A DNA stretch of 64,000 nt from Gnetum montanum (Eukaryota; Plantae; Gnetophyta), in NCBI GenBank assembly GCA_015680685.1, contig MNCI01002250.1:509693-573692 (forward strand), given 5' to 3'. Shown piece by piece: positions 53,338-64,000 of this stretch. The translations under genes were made by a program, and so were the position numbers. The notes under the pieces are model-generated. The model saw only the letters and a list, made by a program, of their open reading frames with translations. It made no database searches and was not told where the DNA came from. Position 1 is the first letter of the stretch; the number at the start of each line of letters is the position of its first letter.

Positions 53338-54929
53338 GATAACCTATGAGAAGATAGTGATATTAGAATGAAAAATAACTAAATAAAACATAAAGATAAT
53401 ATAAATAATGGGATAAATTAATAAATGAGGGAAATTTGATTAGATGAGGAGATCAAGATTTTTATTTTGAAGGATGTTTTGGAACTTTAGAAGATAAGAT
53501 GTCAAAAGTGGTGAAATAAGTAAAGTATGTATCACTAAGTAATGTTGCCTAGGAGTTGATGTGGGGATTGACAAAGATGTTATGATGAAATTATTCTATG
53601 AATAATTGACACAAGAAAGTGTAGATAAATCTTTGGCATATGATTGTAAAGAATCTGAATAGTTGGGAATGTCAAAGATTCAAAATTTCAATCTCTAAAT
53701 CAAATACGAACTAACTGCACCTAATGCAAAATGAAATGATGTGTATAATTGATGAAATAAAAATAATAACAATGATGGAAATTTAAATAAGAAAAAAAAA
53801 ATAAACACTAGTAGATAAGGAAAATGAAAGATTGGTTTTGTTTTATTACATCATTAAAATTGTAACTTTGGGATTCAATTACAAAGGTAAAAAAATAGAG
53901 AAAGAGATCTCACAAGGAGATTTGAAAAATAAGAGAATAAATGTACTCTATAGAAAATTAGTAAAGATGTCCTTTCTAAATCAAATATTTCTAAATTTGA
54001 AGGAAGTTGAGTTGTAATCCTAGTTGATGATAATAAGGGGAGACAAGGTTGTAGAACCAAATGATACTATTGGAATGACTTCTAGAGTTGTTGAATGATA
54101 CCAACACTACTACCTTTGGAATGACTTATAGAGTTGTTGAATGTTAGATAAAAATGGTAATGCATTAAAGTAGGAACGACGTTACTCAAGTAACACAATG
54201 TCACTAACATAGAGTCATTAGATAATGTGATTGAGAACTTGAACTTAGTTGATAGGTGAGCATGCACTAACAGCCCTTCTATGCCTATACTAGGGATGAA
54301 ATTTGTTTGCAAAAATGCTACGTAATGTTGAAGAACATGAGGGATGATGCTACAAGCACTTAAAGTGGTATGAGAGTTCAATGTAAGGGTTTTCCAATTA
54401 TGCAAGATGATATAAAATGAGAACCAAGGCTTGATATTTAAACACCAAAGCAGTATCTCAAGCTTTATGAACAACATACTTCACTAGAAACATCAATGAA
54501 AACTGATAGAAAGAAGTGACACTAACACTACAAGGTGATGTTGACACTAACACTAGATGTCACTAGCCAAAAGATGGTTAAAACTACTAAATATAATGAC
54601 ATTGATGGAGAAGGCAACATAAATGATGATGTTGGATGTCACTAGTATCCTTAGGACCAAAAACAACTTCTAAAGATGTTGAAAACTTTCTCAAATAGAT
54701 TGATGGAAGCTAAGAAAAACTAACAGTTATGCCAATGAAATACTTAAAATTCTCTATGGCTAAAAACATGAAAAAGTGGGTATAATAAATATGTTTTAAA
54801 ATATATTTAAAAAAAAATAGAAGGCTCATAGAAAAATGCTTTTAATTTTTTTTGAGACATTTTTAGATCTTTTGAGACATTGCCATTTCTTGTAGTATAC
54901 ATAAATGATCTTATATGTATGGGTGTCAA

Positions 54930-56200
54930 ATCCGAAAACACACATATATATATATATAGGGGTACTACAAAGAGGAGAAACTCCAAATCAATCAAAAGAA
55001 AAGACCTAACTATTTTGGGAATGTCTTTTTAGGTTTTCATCCTTACAACCAATCTTGAAAAACCTTCCCTTTAGGGTAGGAAATTAGGCATTCCATGAAA
55101 GGATTAACATTGGGTGGAGGGGGAAGAACCCTTGCCCTATTAATAGCATGAACATTCTCAAAAGATAGTATCTCTATACTTGACCAATAACTACAAAAAA
55201 ATTATTAGTAGTTAAAATATATTGAATATGTTGTTCATTCTAAAGATTTTACATGTAATCACCAATAGATAGACTTCCTCAACATTTTTTATTATGAAGA
55301 ACCATTTGAAGACCATCTAAATCAACAATAGGATTTTGTGAAACCTACGAAACATTTATTTTTTCCCTTTAGTCATTGAAGAATTTTTTGAAATTGATTT
55401 CATTAGAACCTTCTTTGAAGATACATTCTATTGAACAACAATAAAAGAGAGGGGTGGTCTAATAGTTGAAATGTCAATAGAAGAAGTTATCATAGGATTT
55501 GTAGCATCTATAGAAAAAACCTTAGCAATATCTATAACATTTACAGGAAAAAACTTTAATAGCATTTACAATAGCTTGTTGTCGATAGGCTTGCATTGCT
55601 TTTTTTTCACAACATAAAAGGATATGAATCAAACATATGATCTTCTTGATGATAAAAGTAACATGACCTTGGAAGATTGTAATATACAACCTTATGTGCG
55701 TAATCAATTCCACCAGCATGTAGAAGAATTTATCGCTTAAGCAAATGAAGATCCACCTCAATCATATGTCAAATTTTATGAAACCCACTAGCTATAGTGA
55801 GGATTTCAGACTGCTTGATTTGCCCAATGCAATAGATAATGTTCCTTTCAACTTTTTAAAAAATTAATGGATGATTCAACAATGATTTGGTAATTCAATA
55901 AAATAAAGAACCTTTCGAAATTCAAGAGATGTTGGATTAAAAGAGGGAGTCCACTTGCGAATAATCAATAAAGTATGATGATGATTAAAAACACTAATAT
56001 CAATGACCTTAGAAACCATCGTTGAATCAACAAATTCTACCAGCAAAAATGAGTTTGACAAATAACAAGAATGTACAGTGTATAAGCCTCAATCTTTCCA
56101 AAAAAAAATCTAAATAATTTAAAAAACTAGAGGAACAAGATGAATAACCCAGAATTTGCACAAAAACATACCTTCTAGAAATTTCCTAATTAATAAATTC
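54930..56200 (-). mobile_element. L1-type LINE ORF1 relic (DUF4283-like + knuckle)
   Basis: NSFLLVEF...LLIIRKWTPSFNP...YFIELPN and a decayed Cys/His knuckle (QGHV). Ends in (TA)n with no ORF2 recognisable. Confidence 0.6.
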
Positions 56201-56780
56201 ATATAAATCATTAGGTAATTCATAGAGTGACAAAAACGCAATGGTTGTGCTAAAAGGATCACCTACTGAATTTGGTGGCATTGCACATAATATCAATGCT
56301 AAACCCCTTACTACCTCATATCAATGTTGAAACCCTTACCATAGAGAATGTCCTGGTATTTGAACAAGAGCTCATCCCCATGATCTTATATTTATGGCAT
56401 AGTGCACCATGGAAATATTAATTAATATAATAGGTAAAGAGATTCTAGAATAGCATCTAACCTAAATAACTTCAATATTATGATTTTGAATTATATCATT
56501 TAGCTAAAATATAAAATTTTCATTATAAGGTAAATTATTCAAATTTTTAATGAACATGTACTATGAAGTAAGACTAGTAACTAATGACTCATATAAATAA
56601 TCAAAATTAATAAAATTATAAATTTTATTCATAAGAACATTACTAAATGGAGGCATAAAAAGATTCTAATTACTAGTATGTAAACTTGTATCCTTAGAGG
56701 CATCAATAGTGCCACTATCAATAGAAGAAATTATGAGTCATAATCTAGAATCTCTCATTGGGGAACAATAAATACGATGT

Positions 56781-57575
56781 TGATGAGTGGCGAGGTATCC
56801 CTACACTCACCCATATGAATACAAGCATGCACGCGCGATCCGGTCAAACTCCAAGGAATAAGTGCTTACACGCCCTAATGGAACACTTAAGGTTAATCAA
56901 TCATTGTCTGCCTAGACTTACTTGTATTTTTCATGGTTGTATAGTTAAGTAAGTCTGAGGTATATGATTTTTATGTCTTTTATCTTTTTATCACCTATGC
57001 TAAGAGAGGAAAGGGTGAAGAGACTAAGTAACTAACTTTCACTAACTAAGCTTTAATCGTCCTAGCATCAGTATTTGTTCCCACTTGCTGTACACACCCT
57101 AAACCAGTGCAACGCTATTGGGATTACCAAACGCTATTTGTTACTGGGTTACCAAACATAGCACATGTGCTTGAAGCGATCGTATTGAATGCACTTAACT
57201 AGGAGTTGAGGGTTGAGAGAGATTAATTATCTAATAAAGCATTTAAAAATTTAACATTAATTAAATCCTAATTAGCTTGGTCCATGCACTGCAAGGTTTA
57301 TCAGAAAGTTCATCTTTATTTCCGTACACAAATGCGTGCTCAGGTACAATTTGCTCGAATAAAGATCCGTTCACTTTGAGACCCCTACTATAGGCACATG
57401 GAAATTATTCTATCTCTGGAATGGTAAAACTGCCAAAGTCTCACTAAGGGTCTAAATCTAAATGGAGGAACAAGGGAGAGTGGCCTCTTATTTATAAAAC
57501 TGGCGACGGGCTACAATATCGCGTACACAATATTGTAGGAACCGATCGTGGCTCACGCGATATCATGTCCCATCA
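56781..57575 (-). mobile_element. Solo LTR of the A/B/C group (fourth LTR subfamily)
   Basis: TGATGAGTGGCGAGGTA...CCCATCA; shares the terminal block, CTGGGATTACCAA motifs and GATATC units. No PBS or PPT adjacent. The flanks GATGT/ACTGT match only 3 of 5. Confidence 0.85.
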
Positions 57576-57899
57576 ACTGTAACTAGTTCCTTGCAAGTAT
57601 GTGACTAGCTTTTATGCAAAATCCTTATTAATATTTATTGCTGCATCTTTAATTCTTCAACTAGAGCCTTAATGATCATTTCACTAAGTAGGGTTGTAGT
57701 AGGATTAATGGATGAGCAAAATCCCAGTCTCTTTTCAAGTCACTATGTGTAAGCTTAAACATGCATCTTCTAACGTAAGAAACATGCACCTTACCATCTC
57801 TTGAAATAATGGTCTCTATCCTACATCTTTCATGATTAACTCTATTAATCTATATTTGTTTTTATCATTGTTTGTATAATATTACTATAGGAAAGAAAC

Positions 57900-58875
57900 A
57901 TATAAATATAACCTTTTCTTACAAATATCCTAGCCTAGAATGCTCATGCAATTACAAATGAAATCAATGCATTACTCAAGGAGTTGTAAGTGGTATGTAA
58001 GAGTTAGTTGTTTTAAAAAAGGAATGTAAAAAGGAATCTATTTTAGCTTAGAATATTTGAAAACAACACTTTCATGTCATTGTTTAACCAACTATTCTTT
58101 ATGGGTGTGTTGTATGGGATGCTGGTCTAGCAAATAAAGATTGGAAACACATAGAAGAAATTCAAAACCTATTCTTACCTAATGAATTCAAAGTAAAAAG
58201 ATAGATACAATATGATATTGTGCTTCGCAAAGATGATACATTAAGAAGTTAAAGCTATTTGCCAATTTGTAACCTACACTTAATCTTTTTGAATTATCAT
58301 TAGATAAATACTCTTAAAAAAATAATGATGAAACCCCAAGATAAAGGATAGTTTCATGTGGGAGATCTATGGCTTAATAAATGGAATATTCAAGAGTACA
58401 TAGTTTATTCATATTTAAAGAAATTTTGCAAATTGGTGAAACAAGTAATATTTGAAAAACTTTGGAAGAATGTAGAAAGAAAAAATATTTCTATTTGAAT
58501 AGTATCAAGGAAGATCTTAAGCAAAGACAAACTATTGCATCCACCACTATTTGCATCATTTATTGCATAATTAGCAAAGCACTAATGGGATCTCATCATG
58601 AGAGTTGAAACAAGTAGATGACTAAAAATTCTTCACGAAGAATGAATATAGCAACTATGTAGTATACATAGCATTGAACATGAACACCACATTTTCTTAC
58701 AATGTTATGCATTTGGGTACATTAAACATAGATAAGATATTACAAGTACAAATTTGATTATTTGTTTTAAATATTACCCAGAATACTTGCAATATTCTTA
58801 ATAATATTTTCAAAACTCATAACATAACATGTGCATTTCTACTATCCACGGTGTAAGTAAATAATAAAAATTCAC
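57900..58875 (+). mobile_element. 3' part of an RTEX-like LINE, copy 2
   Basis: Decayed YKY(LG), ..YGCVVW, IEEIQNLFL and GSHH..VETSR...QLCSIHSIEHEHHIFLQC, followed by AATAAA. Confidence 0.7.
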
Positions 58876-60220
58876 TTTTAATTTTACTGCGGAATTGATC
58901 CCCTAGAATTTAGCCGAGGAAGATGGTTCTCCTGGTGTTAATCTTCAAATTTACCGCTAACCGTAGCCATATGAACTCTTGAACCTCTCTCCGTTTGTTG
59001 AAGTATTTTCCTCGTTTCTGCGTGATTTATGCCTTGGAATAAAATACAGCCTTGAAAAGTGTATACGTTTACGTGGAAAACAATTAACTTAATTATTCAT
59101 TAGTCCACTGTCTCGAAGAAACAATCATTGAAAAAGTCCATTCACCTCATGCACGCGAAGCCTATGTACAGTCATCTTACCTCGCAAAGGGGCAATAATT
59201 CCTTTCCCTTATCCGCAATCCCCCCGTGATTTATTAAAAACCCCTGATTAATCATTGAGTTACATGCTCCTTATTTCATGGGCCTAAGTTGCCGGCTTTG
59301 TTGATCCTGATGGCTGCATCGTCACTCTCTCTCCTACTGGAATGCATTAAAACTTAACCAGGATCTAGAATCCAGTTTCTGCACATGTGAAACTCCCACT
59401 GAAAAAAGATCTGATTAAATTATCATTTACACACTTTCTGTTCTCGAAAAACCCAAATGTGAGACAGACAGGTAAAATGAAACAGCCACTGAATTTCAAG
59501 TATTTTACTAGACCTAGAGGGAGCTACAAATCTACAGGGAAGCTAAGAGATTAGGAGTAGCCCACAAAAACAAGATTTTGAATTCAAGATATACACAGTC
59601 GTTCATGCATTTCTCTGGGGATATGCGTTCTTCGATCAAACAGGCTTGATTGGACTAACCCACAAAAAAGCGGCAGCAGCATTATCCAGGCTATAGCTGC
59701 AAAAAGTGCCGTCAGGACAGGAGCCCACTTCACACAGGAAACAGAAAGAAGAAGAAGGAAAAGAAATTTTAATGAAAATTTGAATCAGGAGACAGGCATT
59801 AGTTTTTATCAAGAACAGTTCCCAGTCCTGTCTGGAAAACGAATTCCAGGGCTGGAAATGGGACCCGGGTCCCTGAAATGAACAGGCATATAGACTCATT
59901 CCCTCATCCGTGCATTTGTTGCGTTCGCGTCAATCATTTCTAGTGGGACAAACAGCACGGAGCCAAGGCGATGAGGTGAGAAAATTTTTCAAAATAATAA
60001 TGTGCGCCAGCCTAAAACATGATCGAATGTCGCCGTTAAAATGTATTAGAATAGTTGCAGCAGCTTCCATGAAATCAGAGGCCCGGCTGATGCTTCTTGT
60101 TGGGATGCGGATGACTTGCAGACAGGACCTGCCCCACCCACGCATGCCCGTACAGGGAGAGCTCAATTGTTTATGCCCTCCCAGCACAGCAAACCCACAA
60201 GTACCCCTCTTCCTCTTCAC

Positions 60221-60978
60221 TATAAGATCACCTCATCCATTATCACAATCTCCATCATTGCATTATGCTGCTGCTGCTGCTGCTGTCCAATTCTGATTAA
60301 CTACTGTACCCACGTCCTCAGAAATTGTGATCTGATCTGCCTTTCTCAGTCCCGTTTCAGGAAGTTGGTTTTTGTGTGGAGTTCCAGAGTTCACCACAAC
60401 CACGTTCCCGATTGTTCTTGCTTACGTTAGCCGCCTGTACGCACAGCAAAATTCTGTTGTTTCGCTTCAATGTCGTTCTGGATTCATTTTCTCTGTCTGG
60501 TACCTTGCGTAGTATAGGGCTCCCGTGGCCACTAGGAAGCAAGAAACTTCGTTTGTATCTAAAGCTTTGGCTTATTTTATCTGATTTGAGTGATTGATTC
60601 TTTAAAGTTCCCAGCAGCACCTGGTTCTTGCCTCATTCTCCCTCTCTTAGTTAAAAGAAGCTTTAGGCTCATCTTATCAAGCTTGGATTCATTTTCATAT
60701 GATTACTGTTCTGTATCACCCTACACTACTCAAAGATCCTGAAACCCATCATTTGTTTCATGATTCTTTTCTGTGTGCTTCTACCTACCGCAGCACTGTC
60801 CCAATCCTTCAATTCCTAAAACTATAAACTGATTGATTGTTTCACACTCTCTCAAATTCCACTTTGAAAACCATCAAACCCATCCATCATTGGCTTCTGT
60901 ATTTCCACAGTATACACCAACTCACAACAGAACAACTCCATAGCAGCTGTCAATTCTCATTTTTCCACGATTGATTTC
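60221..60978 (+). promoter_or_regulatory. Candidate core promoter(s) and 5' leader of the ERF gene
   Basis: TATAAG at 60221 followed by pyrimidine/CA-rich initiator-like sequence; a second TATAAA at 60823; a (GCT)n tract at about 60267-60285. The TSS cannot be determined from sequence. Confidence 0.4.
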
Positions 60979-61896
60979 ATGGATTTTGGCACAGAGGGCC
61001 TGTACTACATTCAGTATGAATCCTCCAAAGCCAAGCCCAGAAGAAGCAGTGCTCACAGATCCACCGCAAAGAAGCCGGCCAGGAAGAAGCAGCCGGGAAA
61101 GTACTTGGGAGTCCGGAGGCGGCCATGGGGACGCTATGCTGCAGAAATCAGAAATCCATTTACCAAGGAGAGGCACTGGCTCGGAACTTTCGACACAGCA
61201 GAAGAAGCTGCCATGGCGTACGACCATGCCTCCATTTCCATGAGCGGTTCCAGAGCCAGAACCAACTTTCTCTACTGCACAGTCCATCCTCAGTACTCCT
61301 CCCATTCCCAGCAGACCCAGATTGATCAGAACTACCATTATCCTCATGCTGCTACTGCTGCTGCTCCTGCTTTTCCCTGCAGTTCTCCTGCAAATCTTTT
61401 CATGGTTTCTACCCTCACAGCTCCTGCAACAGCTGCTCTCATGGAGGATCATAACAACCTTCATCATAACTCCAAAACTCCACCTCCGCCTCCTCCCCCG
61501 ACTCAAGAGGAAATAACAACAGCAACCACTGAATCATGCAGCATAGAAAGCATTCTGGAGAGTTTCAGCGGCCAGACCCAGAAAAACATGCTGCCGCAGG
61601 CTCTTGGTTCAGCTTTTGATTATACAAATCTGCTGTTGCAGGAATCAAATTTAACATCTTCCTCGTCGTCTCCATGTTCGCCGTCGTCAGCTTCCACCAA
61701 TGAGAATGACAACAACCAGTGGGTATCAGAGCTGCAGGAATTCTTCTGCAGCCCAGCAACAGTTCCACAGAACCAGCAGCAGGCCATCTGGTCGCATGAA
61801 TTTGCTGCTTCGCCCCAGGGGATGTGTATTTTACCAGAGGAGGATTTTGTGTTTGATGTAGTTTTGGGTGACTGTGACTCCACTTTTCTTCTCTAA
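60979..61896 (+). CDS. AP2/ERF transcription factor, group VIIIb, ERF084/STEMIN-like (305 aa, single exon)
   Basis: Intact ORF with AP2 domain [57 protein letters not shown]. The [13 protein letters not shown]...KERHWLG motif is typical of group VIIIb, and NPFTKERHW plus SxSG resembles ERF084. Basic NLS-like N-terminus, Pro/His/Ser-rich middle and acidic-hydrophobic C-terminus. Lies in CpG-retaining DNA. Confidence 0.93.
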   Translation: MDFGTEGLYYIQYESSKAKPRRSSAHRSTAKKPARKKQPGKYLGVRRRPWGRYAAEIRNPFTKERHWLGTFDTAEEAAMAYDHASISMSGSRARTNFLYCTVHPQYSSHSQQTQIDQNYHYPHAATAAAPAFPCSSPANLFMVSTLTAPATAALMEDHNNLHHNSKTPPPPPPPTQEEITTATTESCSIESILESFSGQTQKNMLPQALGSAFDYTNLLLQESNLTSSSSSPCSPSSASTNENDNNQWVSELQEFFCSPATVPQNQQQAIWSHEFAASPQGMCILPEEDFVFDVVLGDCDSTFLL

Positions 61897-63810
61897 TTCA
61901 TTTTACTTTCCAGTTTCTACGCGGAAAATCGTTCGATCTTGCAAAGAGAACAATAAATCTGGATTGCTCTGATTGGGATGATCATATGGCGGTGGAATGC
62001 ACAGGTGCTGTCAGACGTACTTCAGGTGCCTTTAGTTCAGTTCAGAATTTCTTAAGGCTTTTCTGCAGATCCTGAGATCCTGGGTCAGGCCTGGGCATGG
62101 GTCTAATTCTTGTTAATGCCATAGCATCAAATTGCCTTGTCACGGGCAAGAGTTTCAGACAGTATTTGCAGAATCCACCACTGCATGCATATACTGCCTA
62201 ACTTGTTTTTAATATCTCCAATGTGGGTCGATTAGTGGCTAATCACTGTCTTAACTTATTTTAAATTCTGACCGGGGGTTGGTGACTCCTAACTTGTTTG
62301 TACTGAGGTGCATATATTTTGATTAGGGTTTATCAAACTTTTTATGAGGATTCATGGGTCAAATTTGTCCGGAATATGTAACTACCTTGCGATAATTTAA
62401 TAGTCATGGAATGATTTGGCATTGAGGATATCTAAACTAAGTTACATTGTTAACGTTGAAAATTCGGTGAGGTTTTCCGGGTTTTTAAATCAGTCCCAAG
62501 TAGCCTATTCCAATATACTTGGCATTTGCATTATTGGCAATGTGAAGATAAAATATTTCTTTAATGAATGTGCATTACTTCTTGCGCTTGTTTTCATGTG
62601 CCTTTGGATAAAACTTTGAGATGTATTCTTTGAAGTTAATTTGAAATTTTTTTAAATGTTATTTTTTTGTGTGATGGGTAAACTTTAAAAAATTTTAAAT
62701 ATATGCACCTGTAAAACAAATAATGAAGATGAGATTTCTCATGCCGTGGTAATCCCAACTGAAGATGAGATTTCTGCGGCCATAATGAATAAAGTTTTAT
62801 AAAATTTCTACGGCGGCTTTACAGCGGGTGCCAAGATGAGGTTTCTGCAGTAGTAATAGATGAACTTGTTAAAAATTTTAGCAAGGTAATAGATGAAATT
62901 AAAAATCTAGCACGTGGATGAGAAGATGATATTTGGGTGCACCTTTAAAAGAATTAAACTTGTAACCTACATTCTATGTTCCATGACTTTACCACTAAAC
63001 CTGTTCATAAGATAATGAAAATAATTGATTTAACATGAATTTAAGTATTTGTAATGGTCCTGACACTCCTTAGGCAAGATGGGGTTCCTCCCATTACAAA
63101 ATGAGAGATACAAGGAGGGTGTGACTCCTGTAGGACTTGGACAGGGAGTCTTCAACACGTAACAAAGCACTCTTTTTAAAAAACATTGTTTAAAAAGGGA
63201 AAGGGAAAAAAAAGTTTGAGTATCTATTCACAAAGACAACAATAAGGTATCAACTGTGTCACTGATGGTATCAAAACCTAGCATCCTAGTGATGGTATCA
63301 AAACCTAGCATCCTAGTTATTTTGGGGTGACTAAACAATCAAATATTACATCAAAAAAGCATATTGTATATGAGGATAAGTTTTTTTTTTTTAAAGTATT
63401 TTTCTCTCAAATTTCAATCATGGCATATTCAAGAACCATTTTTTAGAAATATAACCCCTCAAAAAGTGAACTAATCCAATTAATCATAGTTGAACAATAG
63501 AAAGAGCTACAACTTTTTGAGTGTTTGTATATGACCAAATTTGAATTTTAGGAATTCTATAAAATATTTATTGTATAGCAACAATGAATTTCCAATTAAA
63601 AGTTTTGGGCCAACACGTTACCCTAGGGATATTTTTAACAGGAATGATCAATTTCAATTAGATTGTTCTTTTTTTCTAATCTAACTATGATTGATTTACC
63701 TCGACAGTGGTAGGACCAAAAAAATGAATCAACTCTGATAAGAAAGTCCAAAGAGATTCAATCCCCTTTAATTAACTCCATCTATTCACACATATTATTC
63801 AAATCATATA

Positions 63811-64000
63811 TGATGAGTGGCGAGGTACCCCTACACTCCACCATACGAATACGAGCGTGCACGCGCGATCCGGTCGAACTCCGCAGACTAAATGCCTTAA
63901 CGCCACAAGAAACACTTGGGGTTAATCGTTCGTTGTCTTCCCAGGCTTGCTTGTATGTGTCACGGTGTATGGTTAAGCAAGTCTGAGGTATGTGATTTTT
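63811..64000 (-). mobile_element. LTR of the same subfamily as 56781-57575, truncated by the window end
   Basis: TGATGAGTGGCGAGGTACCCCTACACTC..., colinear with the solo LTR; CpGs are retained. Confidence 0.88.

Noticed and set aside
59636-60620. Several 70-130 aa ORFs upstream of the ERF
   Set aside because: Mostly non-ATG starts with no motifs; expected by chance in GC-richer promoter DNA.
60922-61506. 194-aa antisense ORF and other short ORFs overlapping the ERF gene
   Set aside because: Shadow frames of a GC-rich CDS with no recognisable domain.

Overview
AT-rich, repeat-dominated land-plant nuclear DNA; I infer a seed-free lineage from the RTEX-like LINEs, but this is not proven. Only two host genes are recognisable, both single-exon transcription factors in CpG-retaining islands. 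One is an intact AP2/ERF of the ERF084/STEMIN-like group VIIIb (60979-61896, +). The other is a divergent subfamily-VIII bHLH (5570-5909, +) whose helix 2 is frameshifted by a perfect 10-bp tandem duplication. The 55 kb between them is a nest of decayed retroelements. Three complete Athila-like LTR elements are present (A 7878-23898 minus; B 11809-18870 plus, nested in A; C 39373-45476 minus), each with TGAT...ATCA-type LTRs, a tRNA-Asp-type PBS, a PPT and a TSD, but none has RT, RNase H or integrase. They carry gag plus an env-like ORF2 behind an apparent splice acceptor, in a deletion series. They share 14-bp-period U3 arrays, internal PPT copies and an unexplained conserved ~1 kb spacer. 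Also present are a gag+protease relic, two Tat-like RT ORFs that appear to start at their own ATG with no gag or protease, a solo LTR and a window-truncated LTR of the same group, a copia relic, an RTE LINE hosting a three-level nest, two RTEX-like LINE 3' ends, L1 ORF1 relics, and a gene-less CpG island at about 35.4-37.1 kb. All family assignments are from motif recognition by eye; no searches were run.
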